Shown in pieces: positions 19,168 through 29,198 of a DNA stretch of 64,000 nt. Positions within the stretch are counted from its first letter, which is position 1. Each line of letters starts with the position of its first letter. The notes under the pieces are model-generated. The model saw only the letters and a program-made list of their open reading frames with translations, was not told where the DNA came from and ran no database searches. The stretch is from Alphaproteobacteria bacterium (lineage in GTDB: Bacteria > Pseudomonadota > Alphaproteobacteria > Rickettsiales > JABCZZ01): contig JABDCC010000001.1 of assembly GCA_013288335.1 (NCBI GenBank), positions 38,862 to 102,861 on the forward strand, read 5' to 3'. A program made the translations under genes and the position numbers.

Positions 19168-19360
19168 GTTAATTTTAAGTTAATTATTGTTCTGGCGATT
19201 ATATGGCGATTATATTTTGTGACGCGCTAGTTGATGACAGGGTTAATGCAATAATTCCATACTAATTGCAAGCTATATTTATAAAGGATTCATAAGCTTT
19301 GATTAACGTAATGTTAATAAGTTGACTATATAATCCTGTAATTGTTAAAGATTTATTAAC
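19168..19360. promoter_or_regulatory. Three CtrA-type boxes (TTAA-N7-TTAA) upstream of the curli operon
   Basis: ttaattttaagttaa 19169-19183; ttaacgtaatgttaa 19303-19317; ttaaagatttattaac 19345-19360. Confidence 0.7.
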
Positions 19361-19466
19361 CTTTGTTCAAATGTGAAATTTTTGTGACGAAACTACTGAA
19401 CTGCTTGAAATAATCGAAAAAGATTGTAGTTTGCGCTTTATGGCGTGAACGTCCAAAGGATTCTAA

Positions 19467-21707
19467 TTGAGTAAAACAACTGGTAATAAAGCGTCGGATA
19501 ATACCCCCATCATCACGGATGTGTCTTTCAAAGATGCACTCTCCGAACGGTATCTCGCGTATGCGCTTTCCACTATTATGGCGCGCTCACTGCCAGATGT
19601 TCGTGACGGCTTAAAGCCTGTACATCGTCGTTTGCTCTACGCCATGCTGCAATTAAAGCTCGATCCCAAATCCGGCTTCAAAAAATGCGCACGCGTGGTG
19701 GGTGACGTGATTGGTAAATATCATCCGCATGGTGACACCGCTGTGTATGATACGTTGGTACGTTTGGCGCAATCCTTTGCCGTACGCTATCCATTGGTGG
19801 AAGGCCAGGGTAACTTCGGCAGTATTGACGGCGATAATGCGGCGGCCATGCGTTATACAGAGGCCCGCCTTACCGAAGTATCACTCGCGCTGCTGGATGG
19901 CATTGAGCAGGATACGGTTGATTTTCGTCCTACTTATGACGGTGAAGATAGTGAGCCTTTAGTGCTGCCCTCCAATTTCCCTAATCTGCTTGCTAATGGT
20001 TCTGAGGGCATTGCAGTCGGTATGGCAACATCGATTCCGCCGCATAATGTAGGCGAGCTATGCGATGCGCTCATATACTTGATTCAGCACCCCAATGCTT
20101 CAATTGAAAAATTACTCTCCTTTGTAAAGGGTCCCGATTTTCCGACTGGCGGTATCATCGTCGAGCCGCATGAGAATATAGTGGAAGCCTATGAAACCGG
20201 TCGCGGAAGCTTCCGGGTGCGCGCGCGTTGGAAGAAAGAGGAACTCAGCCACGGGCTTTACCAGATTATTATTCAGGAAATTCCTTATCAGATTCAAAAA
20301 TCGCGCCTGATCGAAAAAATCGCCGAGCTTTTCCGCAATAAAAAATTGCCGTATCTGGGCAATATCCGCGATGAATCTACCGAAGAAATGCGCATTGTAC
20401 TTGAGCCAAAGAGCCGTCAGATTGACGCGGAAATGCTCATGGAATCATTGTTTAGGGTCACGGATCTGGAAACACGCTTTAATATGAATATGAATGTGCT
20501 GACTGCGCAGAGTGTGCCGGTGGTAATGGATTTACGCGATGTATTGCGGGCATTTCTTGCTCACCGCGATGAGGTGGTGATACGGCGCACGAAGTTCCGT
20601 TTGGAGAAAATAGCGCATCGCCTGGAAGTGTTAGGCGGATTACTCATCGCTTACCTGAATCTGGACGCGGTGATTAAGCTCATTCGTAATGAAGATGAGC
20701 CCAAGCCCAAAATGATGAAGAAATGGAACCTGACGGATGTTCAGGCGGAAGCCATTCTCAATATGCGTCTGCGTAGTTTGCGTAAACTTGATGAAATTGA
20801 GATCAAAATTGAAAATGATAAATTGAAATCAGAACAAAAAGATTTGAAAGAAACATTGAAGTCGGAAGATAAACGCTGGAAAGTAATTGGCGGCGAGATA
20901 AAAGAAACCAAAAAAATGTTTGGCGAATCCACGGTGCTTGGCAAGCGCCGTACCCAGTTTGGTGATGCGCCGACTGCCGGTGTTATTTCCATCGAAGCGT
21001 TCGTTGAAAAAGAACCTATCACAATTCTCTGCTCTAAAATGGGCTGGATTCGTGCGTTAAAAGGCCATGTTGTAGATGTAGGTGATGCAAAATATAAAGA
21101 AGGCGATGAAGAGCGTTTCACCCTGTTCGCGCAGACGACTGATAAGTTATTATTGTTTGCAACCGATGGCCGTTTCTACACCATTCCTTGCGATAAGATT
21201 CCGCGCGGTAAAGGGCAGGGCGATCCGGTGCGGTTGTTTATAGAGCTTGATAACGAGCAGGATATTGTTGATTTGATGATTTATAAGCCAGAAGAAAAAT
21301 TCCTGGTGGCATCTACACTCGGCAAAGGGTTCATTGTTGATTCTGAAGAAGTAGTCGCAAGCACCAAGAACGGCAAGCAGATATTAAACTTAGGTGATAA
21401 AGCACGTGCGCTTCTTGCGCGCAGAGTGGAAGGCGATACGGTTGCAGTGATTGGCGATAACCGTAAATTGCTGGTGTTTCCTTTAAGCGAAATACCGGAG
21501 ATGCGACGCGGGCAGGGTGTTTCCTTGCAGAAATACAAAGACGGAAGTTTGGCCGATGCCAAAATCTTCAAAAAAGCTGAAGGACTCTCCTGGAAATCCG
21601 GCGAACGTGTGCGCACCGAACCGGATGTAACCCCCTGGTTCAGCCACCGTGGTACGTCAGGCCGTTTGCCCCCTACGGGCTTCCCGAGATCGAATTCGTT
21701 TGAGTGA
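19467..21707 (+). CDS. parC: DNA topoisomerase IV subunit A
   Basis: [44 protein letters not shown]; alphaproteobacterial ParC C-terminus, no GyrA box. Confidence 0.95.
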   Translation: MSKTTGNKASDNTPIITDVSFKDALSERYLAYALSTIMARSLPDVRDGLKPVHRRLLYAMLQLKLDPKSGFKKCARVVGDVIGKYHPHGDTAVYDTLVRLAQSFAVRYPLVEGQGNFGSIDGDNAAAMRYTEARLTEVSLALLDGIEQDTVDFRPTYDGEDSEPLVLPSNFPNLLANGSEGIAVGMATSIPPHNVGELCDALIYLIQHPNASIEKLLSFVKGPDFPTGGIIVEPHENIVEAYETGRGSFRVRARWKKEELSHGLYQIIIQEIPYQIQKSRLIEKIAELFRNKKLPYLGNIRDESTEEMRIVLEPKSRQIDAEMLMESLFRVTDLETRFNMNMNVLTAQSVPVVMDLRDVLRAFLAHRDEVVIRRTKFRLEKIAHRLEVLGGLLIAYLNLDAVIKLIRNEDEPKPKMMKKWNLTDVQAEAILNMRLRSLRKLDEIEIKIENDKLKSEQKDLKETLKSEDKRWKVIGGEIKETKKMFGESTVLGKRRTQFGDAPTAGVISIEAFVEKEPITILCSKMGWIRALKGHVVDVGDAKYKEGDEERFTLFAQTTDKLLLFATDGRFYTIPCDKIPRGKGQGDPVRLFIELDNEQDIVDLMIYKPEEKFLVASTLGKGFIVDSEEVVASTKNGKQILNLGDKARALLARRVEGDTVAVIGDNRKLLVFPLSEIPEMRRGQGVSLQKYKDGSLADAKIFKKAEGLSWKSGERVRTEPDVTPWFSHRGTSGRLPPTGFPRSNSFE

Positions 21708-21882
21708 GTCAATCTTTTGGTCGACGAAACTTTAAGCTGAATAAAAAGATATAAATGGTTTTTATACTGTTTTCATAGTACAGTGGCTTCAGCTGGTAGA
21801 TTCCAGCGTCACTCTGGAATGGTATTGTAATCGCAACGATATAATTCTGGTTGTAATACAAAGGTTTAATGAAAGGCTGACT

Positions 21883-22056
21883 ATGCGTATATTAATTTCC
21901 CTTATAAAAGACGAAAACGGCGCCACAGCGATTGAATACGGTTTGATTTCTGCGCTCATCGCAGTGGCTGCAATTGTTGCCATGACCAAGCTCGGTCATA
22001 CTCTGTCCAATACGTTTAGTACTGTTGCAACCAACATGGCTAAACCGTCTCGTTAA
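21883..22056 (+). CDS. flp: Flp/Tad (type IVc) pilin, 57 aa; not in the ORF track
   Basis: Translated by hand: MRILISLIKDENG/ATAIEYGLISALIAVAAIVAMTKLGHTLSNTFSTVATNMAKPSR; G/ATAIEY motif. Confidence 0.93.
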   Translation: MRILISLIKDENGATAIEYGLISALIAVAAIVAMTKLGHTLSNTFSTVATNMAKPSR

Positions 22057-22071
22057 TTTTATTTTCAGTAT

Positions 22072-22095
22072 CCCGCTGTACGATAATGCAGCGGG
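22072..22095. terminator. Stem-loop between flp and the convergent tRNA-Thr
   Basis: cccgctgta-cgataa-tgcagcggg. Confidence 0.6.
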
Positions 22096-22204
22096 GTCTG
22101 AGTCTATGCGGTAAGCAGGATATTTTTCACATTAGCAAACTATGGACTGCTACTGTCCCGTTTCGTAATTACATTGTAAAATCTAGAAATATTAGGTGGC
22201 TGTA

Positions 22205-22233
22205 CCACCCGATGCTCATAGAGCGAAGGGTGG
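22205..22233. repeat. Palindromic element abutting the tRNA-Thr 3' end
   Basis: ccaccc-gatgctcatagagcgaa-gggtgg inverted repeat. Confidence 0.55.
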
Positions 22234-22234
22234 A

Positions 22235-22309
22235 TGGTGCCGCTTGTCTGGATTGAACAGACGACCTACCGCTTACAAGGCGGTTGCTCTACCGCTGAGC
22301 TAAAGCGGC
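22235..22309 (-). tRNA. tRNA-Thr (TGT)
   Basis: Reverse complement gccgctttagctcagcggtagagcaaccgcctTGTaagcggtaggtcgtctgttcaatccagacaagcggcacca. Confidence 0.96.
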
Positions 22310-22449
22310 ACTTGGGGAGCACGTATGAACAAGTTTTCGCCAATTTGCAAGTAGATAAAGCATCTATACTAAAAGTTATCGCTCTCTAAGCTTTGACTTC
22401 CGCCGCGCAGTTTGTATAAGTACAGCCTAAATCCCTATCAACAGAGTCT

Positions 22450-22878
22450 ATGACCCACATCTGCATCATTACCGCCGAATTCTACGAAGATATCGCTGCC
22501 GAGCTGGTGCGGGGTGCGGTAACACATCTTGAATCGGCGCATTGCACTTACGATATTATTCCGGTGCCTGGCGCATTTGAAATACCGGCTGCAGTGCGCA
22601 TTGCTATAGAAAGCGGAAAATACGAAGGCTATGTGACGCTTGGTTGCGTGATTCGCGGTGATACTACTCACTATGATTATGTCTGCGCGGAAAGCGCGCG
22701 TGGGTTAAATGATCTTGCCGTTCAATATATGGCCGCGATCGGCTATGGCATTCTGACTGTTGAAAACCCTGAGCAAGCATGGGTACGGGCGGCTACTGCG
22801 CAGGGCAATAAAGGAAAAGACGCGGCGATTGCTTGCTTGCGCATGATAGAGATAAAGAAAGACCTGGCGCGAATATGA
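22450..22878 (+). CDS. ribH: 6,7-dimethyl-8-ribityllumazine synthase
   Basis: VPGAFEIP, LGCVIRGDTTHYDYV, GILT. Confidence 0.95.
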   Translation: MTHICIITAEFYEDIAAELVRGAVTHLESAHCTYDIIPVPGAFEIPAAVRIAIESGKYEGYVTLGCVIRGDTTHYDYVCAESARGLNDLAVQYMAAIGYGILTVENPEQAWVRAATAQGNKGKDAAIACLRMIEIKKDLARI

Positions 22879-23345
22879 CCGGCAAACCAGTTCCTCTATC
22901 GCTTCGACGAAAATCCGCTGCGCGTCTTGCTGCCGTGCAATGCGTGTACCGCGTGAAAATGAATGACGAATTTATAACGCCGGAAGCATTATTTGAAGAT
23001 TACCTTGCGCAATGGGAGGCCGATAAAACCTCAGCTAATCGCGCTATGAGCTATGATGCGGCTCCCGATAAAAGTCTTTTTCTGAAATTACTTAGCGGTG
23101 TGATGGAAAAGAAGGAAGCGCTCGATGAAACTATTCAGTCTTCCTTAAACGAGAAATGGAAAAAGGAGCGTATGAGCCCGCTACTGCTCGCCATTCTTGC
23201 CTGCGCTATTTTTGAGCTGAAATATCTGACAAGTGGCAAGCCGCTTATTGCAATCAACGAATACGTGACTCTCACTGGTCGGTTTTTTGAACCGGCGGAA
23301 GTGGGCTTCGTAAATGGTGTCCTTGATAAGATTTCGAAGAGCTAA
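22875..23345 (+). CDS. nusB: Transcription antitermination factor NusB
   Basis: R.SAARLAAVQ, INEYV.L...F, GFVNGVLD; ATGA overlap with ribH. Confidence 0.93.
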   Translation: MTGKPVPLSLRRKSAARLAAVQCVYRVKMNDEFITPEALFEDYLAQWEADKTSANRAMSYDAAPDKSLFLKLLSGVMEKKEALDETIQSSLNEKWKKERMSPLLLAILACAIFELKYLTSGKPLIAINEYVTLTGRFFEPAEVGFVNGVLDKISKS

Positions 23346-24852
23346 GATTTGACGGTTTGAGAGTCATATTAGGCGGCAGTGGCAAATCTTTACGTAAGTA
23401 CACCGTCGCAACATCTCCGACATACGCAATATTCCAATCCGTATTCCAGCGCCATAACCCTGCGTTTTTATCATTATTGGGGATAATGAGTCCATCGAGC
23501 TTATATTCACTTGCAATCGTTTTTGCTCGTCCGCCAAATCCATAATTTTCAACAAATTCGGTGTAATCGTTAAGCAGATCCTCGCTATATAGACTATTGG
23601 CGCGGCCGTCGACAAAGACCTTCACTTTGCCGTGCCAGAGATAATCGAGGTAACCGCCTATATTATAGTGATTAAAAAACCTTAGATTCGGATAATGTTC
23701 GGCAATATATGCCGCTTCCTTTACCGGAAAATTTTTCACAGGAAACCCTATCGGTTCTTTAAGTATTGAGTCCCTTGGATACGGAAGTGTTATGGATACC
23801 ACCGCAACGATTGCCATTACCGATGCCATAATACGTATGTCGGGCTTTTGCATATCGAGCATTATGGCATTATCTATTTTGCGCAAATGTTCCGCAAATG
23901 GACTTTCGTTAAGCAAATTGGTGATGCGTAGCGCCATATAAGGCATAATGAGTAAAACAGTGATGGCGCCATGGCGCACACTGCTTAATGACAATATCAG
24001 CAACATGATTGCAAGCGTCCGATCAACAGGTGCAATACGTTTGTCGAAGCTGCTGAACACACAAAGCGCCAACAATAGCATTAGCGTCATGGAAACGTTA
24101 TGCCCGATTTCCGCCGGTTGCCATTCAACCAAGCTCACATTAAATGTCGCTGCAAGGGTTTTGTAAGCTCCGTAATATACCGACAAACCGTAAGGATTAA
24201 TACTGGTTGCCACGAAGCATAACGCAATGATCATTGCATAATTTCTGGCTTTTTCCCGCTCATGTAAAAATACGGCTTCTGCAAAAAAAAGTGCCATTAT
24301 CGGAAATGCAAGCAGGAACCCGCCATGTAAATTCACCCATAACACCATTAACGCTGGCAGAATGATGAGATGACATGTTTTGCGGGTTTCACGGAAATTC
24401 CAAAGCAGCTGGTAGAAAGCAATCGTCAGCACAATCGAGCATAGGTGAGGGCGTGCAAGCGTGCTGTTAAATACTACCAAAAGTGTAGGCAATAATAGAA
24501 GTAAAACACTGAGGATGCTTGCGCCGCGCCGGAGCGACTCTTTGCACATGTAGGTTATACTGCCGGCAAATACTAATATAGTAAGCAGGTAAAGAGCGGT
24601 AAATCCGCCGTAATTAAATAATAAACTGATGAGTACATCAAACAACCAAGAGAGATTATACCAATGCTCTCCGGCAGCGGTAAAACTCCAGTTGTCAAAT
24701 AACGGAATTGCATGTAGCGAGCGAATCAACTCCCCTGAAGCGATATGCCATGCGGTGTCGGGGTCGCCGAATACCTGCGCATTGCCGAACGCTAAAACCA
24801 AAATCAGGAAAAAAAGGATTAAACCAATATAGGCAGGCGGTATAAAGCGCAT
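23272..24852 (-). CDS. Polytopic membrane protein, probable GT-C-fold glycosyltransferase
   Basis: DPDTAWHI.SG.LI, WLFDV, ARP, LWVNLHGGF, INPYG, EW.P; periplasmic C-terminal domain GGYL...VFVDGRA..Y. Confidence 0.7.
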   Translation of the reverse strand: MRFIPPAYIGLILFFLILVLAFGNAQVFGDPDTAWHIASGELIRSLHAIPLFDNWSFTAAGEHWYNLSWLFDVLISLLFNYGGFTALYLLTILVFAGSITYMCKESLRRGASILSVLLLLLPTLLVVFNSTLARPHLCSIVLTIAFYQLLWNFRETRKTCHLIILPALMVLWVNLHGGFLLAFPIMALFFAEAVFLHEREKARNYAMIIALCFVATSINPYGLSVYYGAYKTLAATFNVSLVEWQPAEIGHNVSMTLMLLLALCVFSSFDKRIAPVDRTLAIMLLILSLSSVRHGAITVLLIMPYMALRITNLLNESPFAEHLRKIDNAIMLDMQKPDIRIMASVMAIVAVVSITLPYPRDSILKEPIGFPVKNFPVKEAAYIAEHYPNLRFFNHYNIGGYLDYLWHGKVKVFVDGRANSLYSEDLLNDYTEFVENYGFGGRAKTIASEYKLDGLIIPNNDKNAGLWRWNTDWNIAYVGDVATVYLRKDLPLPPNMTLKPSNLSSSKSYQGHHLRSPLPPVQKTDQ

Positions 24853-25101
24853 ATTTAATCTCCAGAGACCGTGTTACAAGTCTTGATACGAGAACCCTAT
24901 TTATATATTTATATATTAAACAGAGCGTTGAGTCCATTCCTTAATGTGATGCAGCGCAGAAGATCTGTGTGGTGTATTTTTGCAACAGTTGTTGTAATAT
25001 TCTCAGATATCGTTAAATAGCCGTTGCCTGAAACCGGAGATCATTGTTTTTATACGCTCATGTTTTCAGAATGACTAAGACTGACACTAAATTCACTACC
25101 C

Positions 25102-25117
25102 TTAAGATAAAATTAAC
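25102..25117 (+). promoter_or_regulatory. CtrA-type box upstream of the ompA-like gene
   Basis: ttaagataaaattaac = TTAA-N7-TTAAC. Confidence 0.55.
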
Positions 25118-25129
25118 AGGAGTTACCAC

Positions 25130-25705
25130 ATGATAACACGTATTTCATTACTTTCAGCAGCTGCTTTGATAGCAGTGATTGCTGCCCCAGCCATTTCGCA
25201 CAGCGAATATGAAAATGGTGATAAAGCGATTGTCCATGACATACGCAACAATCCCATTAAGGACATACGTGGAAACTGCGTGCGCACCAAGTGGGAAGGC
25301 ACCGGTGAAGAATGCGGTGTAGAAGTTGATAAAGCCCATGTGAAGCTTGCTTCCGTTTACTTTGATTTCAATAAATCAACCTTGACCCCAAAAGGCAAAG
25401 CTACCCTTAACAAGTTGCTTGCTACTATCAAGGACAAGAAAATTCATGAAGTAGTAATAGCTGGTTATGCAGATTCAATTGGTTCTGACTCTTATAACCT
25501 CCGTCTCTCTGACAAACGCGCTCATACAGTGAAAGCATATTTGAAAGCTCATGGCTTCAAACATGCAAATACCGAAGTTCGCGCGCTTGGCAAGAAAGAT
25601 GCTGAGACCGGTGCAAAATGCAAAGGTCTGAAAGATGGTGCACTCCATGCTTGCATGCAGGAAGACCGTCGCGTAGACATCGAATTGAGCGTCAGCAAGA
25701 AATAA
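25130..25705 (+). CDS. OmpA-family peptidoglycan-binding protein
   Basis: Signal peptide; VYFDFNKS.L, GYADSIG..YN..LS.KRA..V..YL, DRRVDI. Confidence 0.92.
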   Translation: MITRISLLSAAALIAVIAAPAISHSEYENGDKAIVHDIRNNPIKDIRGNCVRTKWEGTGEECGVEVDKAHVKLASVYFDFNKSTLTPKGKATLNKLLATIKDKKIHEVVIAGYADSIGSDSYNLRLSDKRAHTVKAYLKAHGFKHANTEVRALGKKDAETGAKCKGLKDGALHACMQEDRRVDIELSVSKK

Positions 25706-25730
25706 GCTGATTCTTCATTCAGGAAAATTT

Positions 25731-25756
25731 AAGGGGGCAGAAATGCCCCCTTTTAT
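25731..25756 (+). terminator. Rho-independent terminator
   Basis: aagggggca-gaaa-tgccccctt followed by a T-rich tract. Confidence 0.85.
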
Positions 25757-25783
25757 TTTGTTCAGAAATAGTTACTTTTACCT

Positions 25784-26830
25784 ATGCATAATTTTCCAAT
25801 CCTCGAAATTGATCTAAAGGCTATTACGCGTAATTATTCTCTCCTGCGAAAGCAAGGAAAAGGAGATTGTGCAGCAGTAGTCAAAGCCAATGCTTACGGT
25901 CTTGGCGTTTCTGAGGTTGCGCCTGCTTTATATAAAGCAGGATGCAGGGAGTTTTTTGTTGCGACGCTAGAGGAAGGTATAGAGTTACGTCGTTATTTAT
26001 CAGAAGCGCCCAGCGCCACTATTTATGTATTCCACGGGGTACGCAAGAATCAGGCAAAAGATTTTCTCCAATATAATCTCATTCCGGTTTTAAATACCGC
26101 TGAACAAATAAATTATTGGGCAGATGCAGGCAAGTACGCGCTGCATATCGATACGGGCATGTGTCGATTGGGAATTCCCGCCGAAGAAAAACTTCCGCCT
26201 GTAACCAATAATTTACATCTTATCATTTCGCATCTGGCCTGTTCCAATGACCCGGCGCATCCCAAGAACCTGGAGCAACTGCAAAAATTTCGTGAAGTAC
26301 TTCAAGGTTTTCCAACGGTGCGCGCGAGCTTCGCCAATTCATCGGGGGTGTTTCTCGGTAAAGACTATCACTTTGATTTACTCCGCCCCGGCTGTTCGCT
26401 TTATGGAATTTCGCCGAACACCCATTTGCCAAATCCTGTGGAAAATGTAGTAACGCTTTCTGCACCTGTTTTGCAGTTTAATCATATTACCCGTGACCAA
26501 ACTGTGGGCTATGGTGCCACTGCAAAAGTTAAAAAAGGCTCAGTAATCGCCACAGTGGAAATGGGCTATGCCGATGGTCTCATGCGCTCTTTAGGTAATG
26601 TTGGGTACGGTTATGTGGGGGGTGCCCGCGTACCTATAATAGGTAGGGTTTCTATGGATATGATAAGTGTGGATGTGACTTCTGTGCCAGAGAATTTGCG
26701 TAATATAGATACGCGCGTAACGCTTATTGGCAAAGAGCAACCAGTGGATGTTCTGGCGCAGGCAGCAGGTACCATCGGCTATGAAATATTTACAAAAATA
26801 GGCAATAGAGTGGCCAGAATTTATACATGA
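25784..26830 (+). CDS. alr: Alanine racemase
   Basis: AVVKANAYGLG (PLP Lys), IDTGM.RLG, GYADG, GRVSMD, TIGYE. Confidence 0.96.
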   Translation: MHNFPILEIDLKAITRNYSLLRKQGKGDCAAVVKANAYGLGVSEVAPALYKAGCREFFVATLEEGIELRRYLSEAPSATIYVFHGVRKNQAKDFLQYNLIPVLNTAEQINYWADAGKYALHIDTGMCRLGIPAEEKLPPVTNNLHLIISHLACSNDPAHPKNLEQLQKFREVLQGFPTVRASFANSSGVFLGKDYHFDLLRPGCSLYGISPNTHLPNPVENVVTLSAPVLQFNHITRDQTVGYGATAKVKKGSVIATVEMGYADGLMRSLGNVGYGYVGGARVPIIGRVSMDMISVDVTSVPENLRNIDTRVTLIGKEQPVDVLAQAAGTIGYEIFTKIGNRVARIYT

Positions 26831-26873
26831 GATAGTGGTTTTCCTGCAGGAATAGTTCTGTTACATAGATAGA

Positions 26874-27827
26874 ATGAATGAAGAGTACTGCGTTGATAAT
26901 GCCAAAAATAAAATCTGCTCATTGTCATTGAGTCTTGGTTTCACTCTCATTGAACTTTCCATTGTCCTGGTAATTATTGGCCTCATTGTGGGAGGAGTGC
27001 TGGTCGGGCAGAATTTAATAAATGCGGCAACTGTGCGTTCCCAAATTACTCAAATTGAGAGATTCAATACCGCTGCCCGTACATTCCGAGTTAAATATGG
27101 GTATTTACCTGGTGATATACCGGATCCGCAAGCATCAAGTTTTGGATTTGCTGCACGAGGCGCTTATGCAGGACAAGGTGATGGGAATGGAATAATAGTG
27201 GGAAATCATGGGTGTAGTGGTTGCGACAGTGGCGAAAAGGAGGCCGCTGGAGAAACAGTAATGTTTTGGGTTGATTTGAACAAAGCTGGATTAATAGAAG
27301 GAAGTTTTACTACCGCTACTTCCAGTACTGAGCCTGGTTCGGATATAACAGGATCTGCAGTAGGGAATTACCTTCCAAGTGCAAAAATAGGGCAGGGCAA
27401 TTATATTTATGTTTGGGCTGGCGGTTCTTTCTCGGGAGGGTGGGTTTATACAGGAGTGAATTATTATGGTATTTCTGCTGTGAGCACGATTCTTGCTGCT
27501 TCATTGGGCGGCAAAGTTTCTTCAACTCCAGGGCTTAGCGTATCGCAAGCTTATAATATTGACCAGAAAATAGATGATGGATTGCCACAAACAGGAAAAG
27601 TTGTGGCTATATATCTTGGAACAGCCGGTAGTGGTGATCCGATCTGGACTGATGGAACGGATTCTCTTACCCAAATACCTCCCCAGTCCCCTAGCCTTAA
27701 GACAGTATCTCCGAGTGCCACTACCTGTTATGATAATGCAGGTGTAGCTAATGCGGCTGAGATATATACTACTAAGGTGAATGGCGGCAACGGAATCAAT
27801 TGCGCTCTATCGTTTCAGTTTCAGTAA
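26874..27827 (+). CDS. Large type IV pilin-like protein (prepilin N-methylation motif)
   Basis: G/FTLIELSIVLVIIGLIVGGVLVG; KYGYLPGD; ID.KIDDG.P..G; exact start uncertain. Confidence 0.85.
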   Translation: MNEEYCVDNAKNKICSLSLSLGFTLIELSIVLVIIGLIVGGVLVGQNLINAATVRSQITQIERFNTAARTFRVKYGYLPGDIPDPQASSFGFAARGAYAGQGDGNGIIVGNHGCSGCDSGEKEAAGETVMFWVDLNKAGLIEGSFTTATSSTEPGSDITGSAVGNYLPSAKIGQGNYIYVWAGGSFSGGWVYTGVNYYGISAVSTILAASLGGKVSSTPGLSVSQAYNIDQKIDDGLPQTGKVVAIYLGTAGSGDPIWTDGTDSLTQIPPQSPSLKTVSPSATTCYDNAGVANAAEIYTTKVNGGNGINCALSFQFQ

Positions 27828-27829
27828 TT

Positions 27830-29041
27830 TTATTCTGCTGCAACGATGGTAGTGCTTTCCGTATCTTTCATACGGGCTTCTACGGCATTATCCTTGCCAT
27901 ATATATCATCATAAAAATAAGCAACACCTTGCTCATCCACAAATGCTGTCCAGTAGACCAGATGCACGGGAACCTCGGTGACTGCAACATGATGTTCGGT
28001 GGTACTGTCGTACATGTGATCGATTTTTGCGCTATCCCAACCCGCTTCATCGCCCAGCACAAAATGTGCAAGGTCGCGGGGTTTCTCTAAGCGTACGCAG
28101 CCATGACTCAATGCACGTTCTTCTTTGGCAAATAATTGTGGGTTAGCGGTAGAATGAAGGTAAATATCGTCTGAGTCAGGAATGTTGAATTTTATTTTGC
28201 CAAGTGCGTTGCCGTGACCGGGTTGCTGGCGGAACGATAAATTATCATCCTCCGTATTTGCACTCACACTCATCGGGTCAATCGGGATACCGTCCTGCGT
28301 CACGGTAAATCCTGCATTAATAAAATAGGCGGGATTCTCACGTAATTTTGGCATGAGTTCATTGCGCGCAATGCGTGCCGGTACATTCCACGGCGGGTTA
28401 AAAACGATATCGGTGACCACCTTATCAAAAAGTGGGGTATGATTGTCTTTATTGCCAATGATCACGCGCATCTGTAAGGCGGTTTTTTCCTGTTCCATGC
28501 CATAGAGTGTGTAGCCCGGCAGATTCACGAGAATGAATTTGGGCTCTATTAGCTCGGGATTATTTTTAATACGCTCAAGCGTCACTATAATTTGTGCAAT
28601 GCGCCTTGATACCGGAACTGCAAGTGCTGTTTGCGTTGATTTGCCGAGCGTGCCATCTGCATTTAAGCCGTGACGAGCCTGGAAATGTTTTACCGCTTCC
28701 ACTAACGTGTCATCATAATGCTGTGACTCGGCTGATATCGTTGCTATCGGAGCGTAATCACTGGTGATGGTAAGCAAGTTGCGCAACGTCGGAATACGAT
28801 CATCGGAATCGCCAGCGGTTATTTTTTTACCCACTTGCCATTCAGGCCAGCCACCATTATCGGATAATTCTTTATACTGCTTGAGTGCTTTTTGCAGCGC
28901 CAGTGTTTCACTATCCGTAAAACTTAAGCGTGGTTTTTGTACAGATTCTGCCGACTGATTTTGCACTACTGATTCTGCATTTGCAAAACAGGTAAGTAGT
29001 ATATTTGCCAGCAGGAAGTTTATAAGCAGTGAGCGTTTCAT
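27830..29041 (-). CDS. L,D-transpeptidase (YcbB/LdtD-like) with peptidoglycan-binding domain
   Basis: AVKHFQARHGL..DG, NPPWNVP..I, NALG.IKF, IYLH.T, SHGCVR. Confidence 0.92.
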   Translation of the reverse strand: MKRSLLINFLLANILLTCFANAESVVQNQSAESVQKPRLSFTDSETLALQKALKQYKELSDNGGWPEWQVGKKITAGDSDDRIPTLRNLLTITSDYAPIATISAESQHYDDTLVEAVKHFQARHGLNADGTLGKSTQTALAVPVSRRIAQIIVTLERIKNNPELIEPKFILVNLPGYTLYGMEQEKTALQMRVIIGNKDNHTPLFDKVVTDIVFNPPWNVPARIARNELMPKLRENPAYFINAGFTVTQDGIPIDPMSVSANTEDDNLSFRQQPGHGNALGKIKFNIPDSDDIYLHSTANPQLFAKEERALSHGCVRLEKPRDLAHFVLGDEAGWDSAKIDHMYDSTTEHHVAVTEVPVHLVYWTAFVDEQGVAYFYDDIYGKDNAVEARMKDTESTTIVAAE

Positions 29042-29198
29042 AAACCGCGTCCAGTTAATAATTTGACTATGTTAATTATAACCCAAAAAGGTTAACAACT
29101 AGTTGGTAAATGGTTAATATTTGGTTTAAATGGTAGGAATATTGCCATTTACGGGATGTTTGTAGTCTTGCTTCGTAAGCGCAAATATTGTTAAATGG

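Noticed and set aside
21767-21783. ctgt-N9-acag as an SOS box
   Set aside because: Spacer is 9, not 8, and alphaproteobacterial LexA uses GTTC-N7-GTTC.
21789-21989. 66-aa minus-strand ORF
   Set aside because: Antisense shadow of the Flp pilin.
29055-29130. CtrA boxes upstream of the L,D-transpeptidase
   Set aside because: Several GTTAA half-sites, but none paired at the exact 7-nt spacing.
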